Shown here: positions 24,866-35,265 of the stretch, piece by piece | Numbering within the stretch: position 1 is the stretch's first letter | Layout of the letters: every line of letters starts with the position of its first letter | Origin: Harriotta raleighana | Lineage: Eukaryota | Assembly: GCA_050575255.1 (NCBI GenBank) | Contig: JBNZDD010013610.1 | Span: 1,844,366 to 1,908,365, forward strand | DNA length: 64,000 nt | Direction: 5' to 3' | Translations under genes and position numbers: made by a program | The notes under the pieces: generated by a model | Told to the model about the DNA's origin: nothing | Database searches by the model: none | The model's input: the letters and a program-made list of their open reading frames with translations, nothing else

Positions 24866-25369
24866 CAGATTCAGACGTGATCTCAATGGCAAGCCATGGG
24901 GTTTTAGCTGGTCAGACTCCAGCGGTTACCCCAATGTACACTCTGGAAATCCTAAGCCTTGGCTCTTTCCGACCTGTGCCTAATACTTTCCGGAATTAGG
25001 CAAGCAGAATACATCCCTCCAGAGAGAAAGTGTGCATTCCATTCCAATAAATATTTCTGTTCTAAGTGTAGATATGATGCATGAAATTCTGTTCAGTTTG
25101 GATGCTCTTAAGCATGGTGAATCGTTTATGAATGTGTCAGAAACCCGTCTAACCAAAAAAATTCAGACCATACGAAAGTATGGAATAAGTAGAGGGCGCT
25201 TGCTCATTAATTAGCTCTCTCCCTCCATAGTCCAGTCACAATTGATTCCGTCATTGACTTCACCCCTCCAACCTAGCTCCTGAGGAAAAGTTCTGCTCAG
25301 TTTCTCTCCAAGCATCAAAGGCAATTGAAGGAAAACTCCAGGATATTAGTAACTCAGCACTTCTCTACC

Positions 25370-25730
25370 ATTCAACCTTGACCCTCCCCTCTACAGGCAA
25401 CCTTGCCCTCCAAGCATATTCACCACTTAATGGGGGGAATAAAAATCTTTTAATTTCTAGTTCCACTTGAAATGCTTTTAATTTTAAACCTATGCCCTCC
25501 AGTTCTGTTATCATTGTCGGAGTCATATTCAAATTCTTACATCTGCCTCACATGCACCTCTTATCATTTGAATCATGTCTTTCTCCCTCCTCCCCTGTTA
25601 AATGTAATTAGAACCATTTCTGGTCAGTGAGCTTCCTCATCACGTAGAGTCCGAAATCCAGACTCATCCTTTTGTTCTTTCCTGGATCCTCTCAAAGCAA
25701 CAATTTCCTTTTAGAAAAATAAGATGCAGT
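25370..25730 (-). mobile_element. Highly diverged CR1-like fragment
   Basis: 'ttttaaacctatgccctccagttctg' and 'ctggatcctctcaaagcaacaatttcctttt' resemble the CR1 ORF2 3' region on the minus strand. Confidence 0.4.
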
Positions 25731-25876
25731 ATTTTGTTGTTGGTGGTGGTGGTTGGAGGGGTGGGGGAGGGGGGTTAGGAAGAGCAAAAGCAAATATTTA
25801 ATGAATTTTATGCTTCAGCAGACAGATAAGCTTTGAACCATTTGCCGATTTGTACTATCCTTCATACTTCATCCTT

Positions 25877-25944
25877 TAAATGCTTTGAGACATCTAGAAG
25901 ACATGAAAGGCACTATATCAAATGCAAGGATTATTATTATTATT
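25877..25944 (+). mobile_element. SINE 3' tail
   Basis: tgctttgagacatctagaagacatgaaaggcactatatcaaatgcaagg(att)n. Confidence 0.85.
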
Positions 25945-26887
25945 TTAACATTTATTATTACTTTGAATGTGACGAGACATTTCCTTCTCCCTCTGCTATT
26001 GACTCTATGATCAGCTAATAGTTGGTGTCCTACAGGATATGTATGTGTGCCAAGAGATTTTCCTTGCTGATACCACTTCAGATAGAGCAGTTCCTTACCT
26101 CCAGGGACACATCCATTGCAGGGGAGCCACCTCTAAATAGCAACTGGACTGTGAATAGATTGTAACTCTGCTCCTGGAATTATCCTTGATTTTGTGGTTG
26201 GGTGGGGGGAAATGAGAGAAAGTTTGGTTGTGAGCAGTTGAGCCAAATATAGTTGAAATTTTTGGCGAACGCAGCCATTGGAATTACAGTAGATGTGACA
26301 ATTTGTAAAACAGAAGCTATCACAAGGCTATATAGATGTGTATAAATATAAGACATCCCACTGTCAGAACAATCAACAGCAGTGGCTAGATTATGCCTGT
26401 GGCTGCTAACATTGCCTTCTAGCTATTTATGCTCAGGTCTAAACAGTTTCGGAGCTAAGAATATCAAGGACATTGTCCACAAAAAATAATTGCTAAATTC
26501 TTTTCATTCTGGAATTGAATAAATCCTTTGAAGCCCCAATCTGAATTCGAATGAATGGTTGAAATTGAAGGGCCTTTGTTAAAAGGTGTGGGCAGACCTC
26601 TGAAATGGTTTGCCCACACCTCAAGGCAAATGTACTTTATTGTTATTAACTGTTGAGGCGCGAGGCCAGAGAAGGAAATCAGATATGACATTGGGGTCAT
26701 TGACAGAGAGGGAGAGGGATACCTGATTACTTGTTTGTTTGTGTTTGGTAACTTGCAAAAAAATACCATTCAGCAAAGCAAAACTGTCAGTAAAACATTC
26801 TGTTTTTATTGTGTTCATTGTTTTACTTAACTCTGTGTAGATATATATATATATATTTTATATTGGTTATTTTATTATTATTTTATT

Positions 26888-26928
26888 TGAGTTCTGACGA
26901 AGGGTCGCGGACCCGAAACGTTGACTCG
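26888..26928 (+). ncRNA. Minimal type-I hammerhead ribozyme motif
   Basis: Stem I TGAGTT (26888-93) / GACTCG (26923-28); core CTGACGA (26894-900) plus an extra A; stem II GGGTC-GCG-GACCC (26902-14); GAAA (26915-18); loopless palindromic stem III AACGTT; predicted cleavage after GUU at 26922. Confidence 0.7.
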
Positions 26929-27022
26929 CTTTTCCTTTCTCCATAGATGCTGCCTATGCTAAGTATTTCCAGCTGTTTTTGTTTTTGTTTCAGATATCCA
27001 GCAACTGCAGTATTTTGCATTT
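26888..27022 (+). mobile_element. Penelope-like element terminal-repeat fragment
   Basis: 'ctgacgaagggtc...gacccgaaacgttgac...tctccatagatgctgcct...tgctaagtatttccagc...tttcagatatccagcaactgcagtattttgc' resembles an abundant chondrichthyan repeat as I recall it. It carries a hammerhead core, a known hallmark of Penelope-like elements. Confidence 0.65.
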
Positions 27023-27208
27023 TTTAAAAATATATTCGTTATACATTTCTAAAATATATTCTTTTATTTAGTACTAAAAACTTATTTTTAATTAGTAAAG
27101 GATTTGGCAAATGTGATTGTTGATATATTTCCATCTTGATTTAATTTCCCAGTGTTTTATCGTGGACCAGTTCGAGCTCAACTGTTTGTACCTACACGCC
27201 GGAGAATC

Positions 27209-27488
27209 GTGGAGCCCTGTAGCTCAGTTAGAGTATTCACCTTGCAAGTGAGAGACCTGGATTCAATTCCAGGCAGGGTGAAACCATGGGCAAGTTTCCT
27301 TTCTCCACAATCCTAATAATAATCCCTATAAAAAAAAATTGGTCACTCAATCCATGACTGTGGGACCTGGCTGCCGCGTTTCGCCCACAAATAGACAGTC
27401 AATTCACTTTACAATATATTGCGTGAAGCGCTTTGAGATGTCTAGAAGATGTAGAAAGTGCTATATCAAATGCAAGGATTATTATTAT
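27209..27488 (+). mobile_element. Full-length tRNA-derived SINE with small internal deletions
   Basis: gccctgtagctcagttagag...cctggattcaattccaggcagggtgaaacc...tgcaaggattattatt. Confidence 0.9.
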
Positions 27489-30400
27489 AATAGGAGGAGC
27501 AAAGAAAATACATGACAGTCGGGTTAAGCTGCATCTGTGTAATTTTTGCATAGAAACATTTTTAAGAGATGTTCAGAGAAGTAATTCAGACTCACTAAAA
27601 TGTTTAAAGTTTTAAGGGACCATTGTTCTCCTCTGAAAGAGTAAAAAGCATTAACAACAAGAGAAGCACATTGAACATTGTACAGAAGGTAGAACAGAAA
27701 GGTTTTTTATGTCATTACAGGAAAAAAAAATCAGCTTGTGGCATGGACACTATTGGTTTCAATAATGTGTTTTGGATGTGCAAAATTCGAAAGCTTACAA
27801 TTGAACTCATAAGAAAATTATATTTTTTGACAGAATCCTCCAGTAAAAGTGCATTAGCATTGTGCTTTGCTAAACAATTTGTGCAGAAGACATCTAATAA
27901 AAGTTTGCTGGGACACATTATTTGGAACAAGTATAACAATAACCAGTGGGAGAAAGAATAAAGTACCAGTACAGTACAAAAAGAGTTGAGGGAGACAGGC
28001 AAAATAATGAGAGAGCAAAAGAGTCCCGGCTGACACATACAGAAGCCCCCAAATCGAATTGATTTCTTTTTAAAATGTAAACCTAAATTAAATTCAAGCA
28101 TGAATGTTCCTCCCAGTCTTCTCAGGGCAAAATAATATTGCATCTTTCTGATTCCCCATCATTAAGGAGATGCTCCCTTTCTTTACTGCTTATCAGGATG
28201 GTTACCTAAATCAGTCACTTCCTACGAAAGGTTAGCAAAAATCTAAGTGGAGCTTGTGCCTACAAACAGCAGCCATCAGATTAGGTGCTTCTAACCCTAA
28301 ATATCATTATAATTGGGCTTATTTTACATATTTTAGTGTGTATCACCTGGATTTACCAGGGACCGGTTTTAAGCAACCACTCATAATTCTGGCCCAAAGG
28401 CTAATGCTTAATCCATCTTTTACCTCTGTTTCCATAATTGATTTTCACATAAATGCACAGGTTTAGAGGTTTAAAAGCAAATTATTTTAACTTTGTGATA
28501 CGTACAAGATGTATCTGTGTCTATCTGGCTGGCGATGAAAAATAGATCGCTATATGGTGCTTCTGTCTGTTAGTGCCTGAGGCATAGTTGGACCAGAAAT
28601 TGTCTCTCTGCCACTCCCTCTTTGGCTCACTGCTGTTACCCTTCTTCCCAAATGATTTAAGTTCAAGATAGTACTTCTGTACAATGCTTTGCTAAGTTAT
28701 TCTTTGCCCTCCAGACCTTCCATTCCTCTGACAAATGAACCCCTCCACGTCGTCTGGAGCCTTGCATCCCAAGTACAAGATGCTCAAGCACTTTATCTCT
28801 GCAAGCTGATTGACGTTTTTTCTAAATTGCTTTGTTCTTTCTCAAACTATTTTATTTGTCACTCTGCCACATGTCACAAGCACAATAAAAAGGTCTAAAA
28901 GTCTGAATGTGCCTAACTAAACCTTCATATATTTTCAGAGACTCTTGAGTATCGTTGGGTGGGGGGAGAGGGGGCTGCAAGGGTAAGAATGCTTTCCTTA
29001 GCTCTACAGTTTTCATGTCAAAGAAGCTCAGTAATTCCTCCTAACCACCTCTGACTGTTTCTCCATTTTTCGAGCTTGCAGAAACCCAGCCAATTAATTA
29101 TTTAAAGCTCAAAGGCACGGCAAATGTGACAAACGGAAATAAAAAAATGCCTTCTCTTGACCAGTCCATCTTTGCGTACTGCAGTTTCCTTGCCAGCAAT
29201 TTAGGCATTAAGTAATTTAACATTTTTTGCCTTCTGTGTTCCCACTGGCAAATTAACCATTGAGTCTTTGTCTTCCATTGCCTCGAGGCTCATTATACCC
29301 TCAACAATTATTCAGGAACTAGCTGTGTGATCATAGCCATGTTTATGAGGCCCTGTCATCGTATGACTGTAAAAAAAAATCTCCTTAACCCCCCACCATC
29401 TTCCCACTCTATTCTATTCCGCCCTTCATACACCCCCACTTTTGTATCTCCTCCCCCCTTTCAATTAATGTTTTCCAGACTAGGATTTTTCCATCAGAAA
29501 TATGGCTCCAGTAGACCAGACTGTTACTCATTTGCAGATCACATCAAACCACTTTACTTACCATTTATAACCAATTCCGAAGCCATAGGTTCATACAATA
29601 CTGATTGATTTGACAGATGGACATCACTAAATAGTCTAGCATAGTTGTGGTCATGTCATAGTTGTATTCCAAATCATTCCCTCTGCTCCAGCAGTGAGAC
29701 ATACAGCGTCATTTGTGCGCTTGGCTTGTTAATGTTCAAAAGAGATGAGAAAGGTGTTAAAGCAGAAATGACCAACACCTGCCTACTATGTGTTGTAACA
29801 TTAAAACTCTCATTGCCTGTGAAAGTCATGCAAGTGATAGATCAAAATATCTCTTTATCCTGTTAAATTAAATTTTGATTAATCTACATAGTACTGACTA
29901 GCTTGGTGTGTGCCTGTTGCACATTGTGCAGCTGTGTTTGCATTGCACTCTCACACTTATCACACAACAGAGCTTTTTGGACTCATAATTTGTTGTTGAT
30001 GATGCCTGTGGCAGTCTTGGACAATTGCCAGCGTCTTTCCATTTGCATTGTGTGGGCTGCTTTGCTATAAGACAGGGTGTTAAAGATGCCATTTACAATC
30101 TGCTAATTGGGACAAAAGACTAAGTTAACATATGCCACCGACAGCATCATATAATCTGTCCCTAATTGTTTTATATTTGCCTAACATCAGTGTTAGAGTT
30201 TAAATTATGCCAGTGTGAATGTAGGAAACAGCATGGACTGATTGTTTAGATGACAATTAACAGTGATGGAAATTAGAGTGTGAAAGTATCGCATTTAGTT
30301 TGAGGATGGGGGAGGGAACAGCGCTGTGTGCCAAGACTCTGCTTCTTCCGTTCATTAAGAACACTGTAAATAGCAATCCGCATCGGAAAGTTATCCAAAC

Positions 30401-31084
30401 TACAAAACCCATTCACAGATTCTAGCCAGATCCGCGTGTCAAAGGAAAAAGTTGAGAAACAGGAATATCTTGATTTAGAGATCAGGAATCAGAAACCTGG
30501 CCAATTGAGGGTGTTGAGATTCATTTCACTGCCTATCCTGAAGTAATAATAATACTAATAAATATAATAATAATAATATCCTCTAAAACAAGGCCATCAA
30601 ATCTAAGGAATTCAAATTTCTTGCACTTTATGGCTCAGTTTTGTACCAGATGGTTCACTTTAACTGCTGAACCATTTGGAGGGCCTGTCAGTCAGATTTA
30701 TAACTGCTGAGTGGTCAAAATATTTGGCCGGAGTAATACAGATTAATGTCAGCAATTGAGCATTTATCTAACGATACATTGAGACAACCAAAGCTCCTAT
30801 AAATACTGTATTGCTTTCAGATGGAACTATTATAGAACGCTGTGTCCAATAAACATCTCTGCCTCAGAATGGTTCACATGGAAAAGTAGCTGGCTACAAC
30901 TCGGAACATTTGCATTCTTATTATGCAATAAACTGGATCTTAAATTAAATAATCCCTGTCGTTTAACTGCAATCATAAAGACATTCCTGTATTATTAAAA
31001 TCTAAATTGTCTTTCGCAAATATTGTGTCCATCTTGGACTTTTCTTCAGTTACAATGCAACAACAAGCTGCAGTAATATTCAAA

Positions 31085-31200
31085 ACATTCAAACCACTAA
31101 TCCCCGGTATGATCCTAGCAAATTTCCTCTGCACTCTCTCTATTACCTTTGATGTCTCTCCTAAAGTGGAGTGGCCAAAAATGGGATACAATATTCCAAC
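31085..31200 (-). mobile_element. CR1 LINE ORF2 fragment
   Basis: Minus strand reads LEYC.../..KVIERVQRKFARIIPGISGL, matching the CR1 motif 'LEYCVQFW...LERVQRRFTRMIPG'. Confidence 0.8.
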
Positions 31201-31229
31201 TATATTTATTTATTAAATGCACCAGTAGA

Positions 31230-31297
31230 TCCTGTGAAGCGCTTTGAGATGGCTTCCGTTGTGAAAGGTGCTATACCAAATGTAAAGATTATTATTA
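31230..31297 (+). mobile_element. SINE/L2 3' tail
   Basis: ctgtgaagcgctttgagatgg...gtgaaaggtgctataccaaatgtaaagattattatta. Confidence 0.8.
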
Positions 31298-31617
31298 GCT
31301 TCTGAATGAGACAGAACCATTGCTGTTCCTGCTGCAGTTTTTTCATTCATCCATATAGTGGCTTGGCAACTTCCATTTTAAATATTGAAGGTTTCAACGG
31401 GTTTCAAAGATTAACATCTGAATTTGCATCGGATTTCAGCTCACCTTATGGTCAAATATTTAGTTTTCGCAGAATACTCAAAAGCTAATGTTTCTGAACT
31501 TGAGAGCCTTTTTTGTTTGCCAAAACCATTGGTTTTATAATTCAATCTACGTGGGGATTTGCATGGGGTTAAACAAAAAGATCAGGTTGAGTGTGTTTTT
31601 GTCTCCTCTCACTATAG

Positions 31618-31745
31618 TGTCTGCTGGTGACCGTGAGCCACAGGACTCCACCACGACTAAACGACCATCACTGCCTGGGAGCATGGACACCCCTCTTTCC
31701 TCCAAAAGACCAAGAACATCCGAAGAGACAAGCACAGATCAGCAG
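31618..31745 (+). CDS. ZFHX3: ZFHX3 internal coding exon (equivalent of exon 6), 128 nt, phase 1/0: (V)SAGDREPQDSTTTKRPSLPGSMDTPLSSKRPRTSEETSTDQQ
   Basis: Acceptor 'gtctcctctcactatag' ends at 31617; donor CAG|GTAGTT at 31746. The PLSSKRP motif matches ZFHX3 and the frame is consistent with both neighbours. Confidence 0.87.
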
Positions 31746-31894
31746 GTAGTTATAGAAAGTTGTGTAATAGGGCCGATATGTAAAGCAATGGAGGGATGGG
31801 GCATTGGGCTGCAAAACTAAAAGTGCAGGTAAACTCTTTAGACTGACTGAATTGACAACTTGTTGCTCTCAGAACCTGAGATGAACACAGTGCA

Positions 31895-32140
31895 AACGTA
31901 CATTTATGTATTTACACGGAGAAGATGGTCTCAAGGCTCTGGACAATCGAGCTGGGATTGGGATATGAGAGAGGGGAAAAATGCTTAAAAGTGGGTCAAA
32001 TAGACTGACTTTGAAGGAGGTGAAAGAAGGGGCAAGTCAACCAGACTCCAGGTTGGAGTTCCAGAGAGTGAGGTTAGCTACGCACAAAGCCCCGACTGAC
32101 AATGGTGGGGTGAGGGACAATAAACAGGACAGTGCCTGCT
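31895..32140 (-). mobile_element. L2-clade LINE 3' fragment
   Basis: gggtcaaatagactgactttgaaggagg...ggagttccagagag...aaagcccc...atggtgggg matches the reverse complement of the 60530-60640 LINE region. Confidence 0.55.
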
Positions 32141-32532
32141 GACCAGCCAGGTTGGTAGGGTTTGATATCTGTTTTTTATCGCACTTAATAATTAATCAAC
32201 AATCTTATGACACATGTGCATTGGTGAGGTCAATCTACAAGGATAGTACTCTGTGAACATGAGTGGCCCTGGTGCCTGTACAGTTTAATCTGGGGAATTT
32301 CTTCACTGGATTTCCTTTAGAAAAGATCCGAGTACTGCAAACGCGGAATCCTCTCTGGTTTCCCAGAACTACCTCACATTGACTGGTGGGGACATTACAC
32401 TCAAACATAATCTGCCAAGTGGGCTGCCGACCATAGATAAGTGTAGCTCTTGGTGGTAAATTCACCTTTTGAGATGTGTTCATTCAATATGAGATGTGGA
32501 AAATAAAGGCGTCCAGGGAAGATAACAACATA

Positions 32533-32640
32533 AATAATCCTTGCATTTGATATAGCACCTTTTCGCGTCATTGAGGCATCCCCAAGCGCTTCACGGAATA
32601 TAGTGTAAAGTAAATTGATTGTGTTTTTGTGAGCCAAAAG
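32533..32640 (-). mobile_element. SINE 3' portion just upstream of the 201-nt exon
   Basis: aataatccttgcatttgatatagcaccttttcgcgtc...aagcgcttcacggaatatagtgtaaagtaaattgatt. Confidence 0.85.
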
Positions 32641-32703
32641 ATGCAGTGCTGCAGCATGGTGCAAACCTTTATAAAACCCTCCCCCTTTCTCACATGCCCA
32701 CAG

Positions 32704-32904
32704 ATGTATCAGTGCCCTTACTGCAAGTACAGCAACACTGATGTGAACCGGATCCGGATGCATGTTCTGTCCCAGCATTCGGTGCAGCCGATGCTGCGCT
32801 GCCCGCTCTGCCAGGACATGCTGAACAACAAGATCCACCTCCAGCTGCACCTCACCCATCTACACAGTGTGGCACCCGATTGCGTTGAGAAACTCATCAT
32901 GGCT
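32704..32904 (+). CDS. ZFHX3: ZFHX3 internal coding exon (equivalent of exon 7), 201 nt, phase 0/0, two C2H2 fingers: [67 protein letters not shown]
   Basis: CAG acceptor at 32701-32703 and GTAAGT donor at 32905. The peptide is nearly identical to the recalled human ZFHX3 segment. Confidence 0.96.
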
Positions 32905-32913
32905 GTAAGTGCT

Positions 32914-32988
32914 CAGTGTTTTGAGACATCCTCCCGACGTGAAAAGCTAGCCATGTCAATTACAAGGATAATTAGTATTATTATTATT
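32914..32988 (+). mobile_element. SINE/L2 3' tail just downstream of the 201-nt exon
   Basis: cagtgttttgagacatcctcccgacgtgaaaagc...tacaaggataattagtattattattatt. Confidence 0.75.
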
Positions 32989-34020
32989 TTTAGTACAATT
33001 CACTGTCATTAGTTCTGTTATCTTACCATAAGTGAGCGATCACCCTTTTTATTTTTGATTCCAGTTTTGGTAAGGACTTCATTAATGCTCCTTACCCGCC
33101 AAAGCGGAGATAACTTGCCTTTAGAAACTTAGATGTTTGCATCTCAGAACTCTTAGTTCTGTCACAATTAATCTTTTTTTAAATCAATGTTCTTACCATA
33201 ATTTGAATTGTTTAAAGAATCCAGCACAGATAAGAAAAAAATATAATTGCATTGATTGCAAAGGAATGGAACAGTCAACAAGGTGCTTTTGTAACAGTGG
33301 AAGTATTAAGAAATCCCAATATCCTGAAAAATTGACATTGCACAGAATTGTTGAAAATTGTCACACTCAAGTTTTAGTTTGAAAGGCTTTTTTTTAAACA
33401 ACTGTGGAAAGCCAGATTCCAGATTAAGATTCCTTTAAAAAATATTCTGCACAATCTTATTTTTTCAAATAAATGGTAGTTACATGCCTAAAACAAGGTG
33501 GAATTTGAGGATTGCATAGCTTTTAAAACTTGCCATCACCAAGTCACTTCTCAAGTCATCTCGCTTTCTCTGCTGCTTGTTTCACCTTTGTTGCATTGCA
33601 ATAAGGACCTTGGTACTTCACTTAAGTTCTCAACAATAATAGTAGCTCCAGTAGTAGTAGATTCTTTCGGTGGTGAAGGTGTGTGAGAAGCAAGGTGTGA
33701 TGCTTGTCTTGATGCTTGTCAAGGAAAATTGATTTGCAGGTGAAGTGGTTTTGTAGGGTTTGAATGGTGTTGAAAGACGCCATACAAATGAAATTTTGTT
33801 GTTGTTTTTGCTGTTAACTAATTCCAGCATTTGCTTTGAGCAGCAACAACAATTGACACTGATGCAGCACTTTTCCACATTGGGAGAGGGTCTCAAATTA
33901 TTTGCAAACACTGAGCAGGAGCCTGAAGGATGCCAGGGTGTTGATGGGGGAGTTAGCAGGGGATCAGAGAAGCTCATCCAAAGTATAGTCAAGAAGAAAG
34001 GGATTGAAAAGCAGAGCGTG

Positions 34021-34360
34021 AACAACATCTTGCCTTTATTTGGCACCCTTCATGCCACATCTCAGAGCTCTTAACAGTGACATCAAGACGAGAAGAGAAG
34101 GGTAGTGATTCCAAATTGAAGAGGGGGAAGGATTGAAGGGGAGAGTTTCAGAGGTAGGGAGCAAAGTGGCTGCAGATTCACAAGCCGGGAGTGGGGTGGA
34201 GTGGGGAGTGACTGAGAGGGGCAGCAATGAAGCAAGTTGATTTGGACAGAGTTGAGGGAGTAGTCATGGTGGGCAGATGGGAGGGAGTGGCCTAGAGGTA
34301 GAGTTACAGGAGGTTGAAGATACAAGGAGGGGCAATAGGTTGGTGGGCATTAGAAATTGA
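34021..34360 (-). mobile_element. L2-clade LINE 3' fragment
   Basis: Tail caacatcttgcctttatttggcacccttcatg...acatctcagagctctt. The minus strand carries ttgcccctccttgtatcttcaacctcctgtaac ('LAPP.YL.NLL'-like) and cctacctctgaaactctc. Confidence 0.55.
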
Positions 34361-35154
34361 TAATAGAGGGATAGATAGGTGAGCGGTGAGTGAACAACAG
34401 GCAAAGTATAAATTAATGTGTTGCAGGGTTCTGTGATCATAATAAGGACAAACTACCCACCAGTCTGAAATCTAGCCCCAACTCAGAAAGCGTGATGCAC
34501 CATCACAGAACGTAAAGCATTGTGTTTGCTAGATAGGTAGGAGAAAATATATTTCTGTTTATAATTTGGCTGTCGGTTTCCCAAGCCTTTAAAATGCCCG
34601 TTGTCATGGTAACTGTTTCCCGCCTATCTCGCAGAACTCCCAATGTTACCGGAGTCTTCAGTTAGTCCCTCAGTAAGGTCCTTTTAATCAAAATAGAACA
34701 GATGTTGAACCCTCTCGCCTGTGCCTGAGCTCTGGAAGACTTCAAAATGACAGCTCTGAACCACATCGCTAAAATCTGTAATGACAGACAGACAAGGTGG
34801 AGGGGTTCAGTTTATTATGAGAATTTTGTAATAGTTTGGGAGATTATTTTTCCTTGCTTCATGGCTTTTTTCTTTCATAATCCCCCAAATGATGCAATGC
34901 TAATGTTCGTGGACTGTTTTAAAAATCAAATAAGGGTGCTGCAGGAGGCAGCCCCTGTCGTGAGATGCAATGTCTAGAGCTACAGGTTATGGAATGGAGA
35001 TTCCCTGGCACTGAACTTGTTAAATCACAGCCAGGGCAAGGGTGAAGGGAGAACTGGGGAGGTGACCATACGTGCAATCATCCGAAAAGATATAAGCTAT
35101 ACCTGTGTATATTTGGAATTAAAGCTGAATACAACAGACTTTTCTGAGTAAGGT

Positions 35155-35265
35155 CACACACACCACCACACAGGACACACATACACAGGACAAACTCAGG
35201 GCATACACACACATCACACTCACATACCACACATACAAAACAAATACATGATCCATACACACACA
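35155..35265. repeat. CA-rich degenerate microsatellite
   Basis: Seen directly in the sequence. Confidence 0.7.

Noticed and set aside
25186-25201. CTCF-like motif AGTAGAGGGCGCT (also TCTAGGGGGCA near 62503)
   Set aside because: Lacks the 5' CC of the core consensus; cannot be supported without PWM scoring or ChIP.
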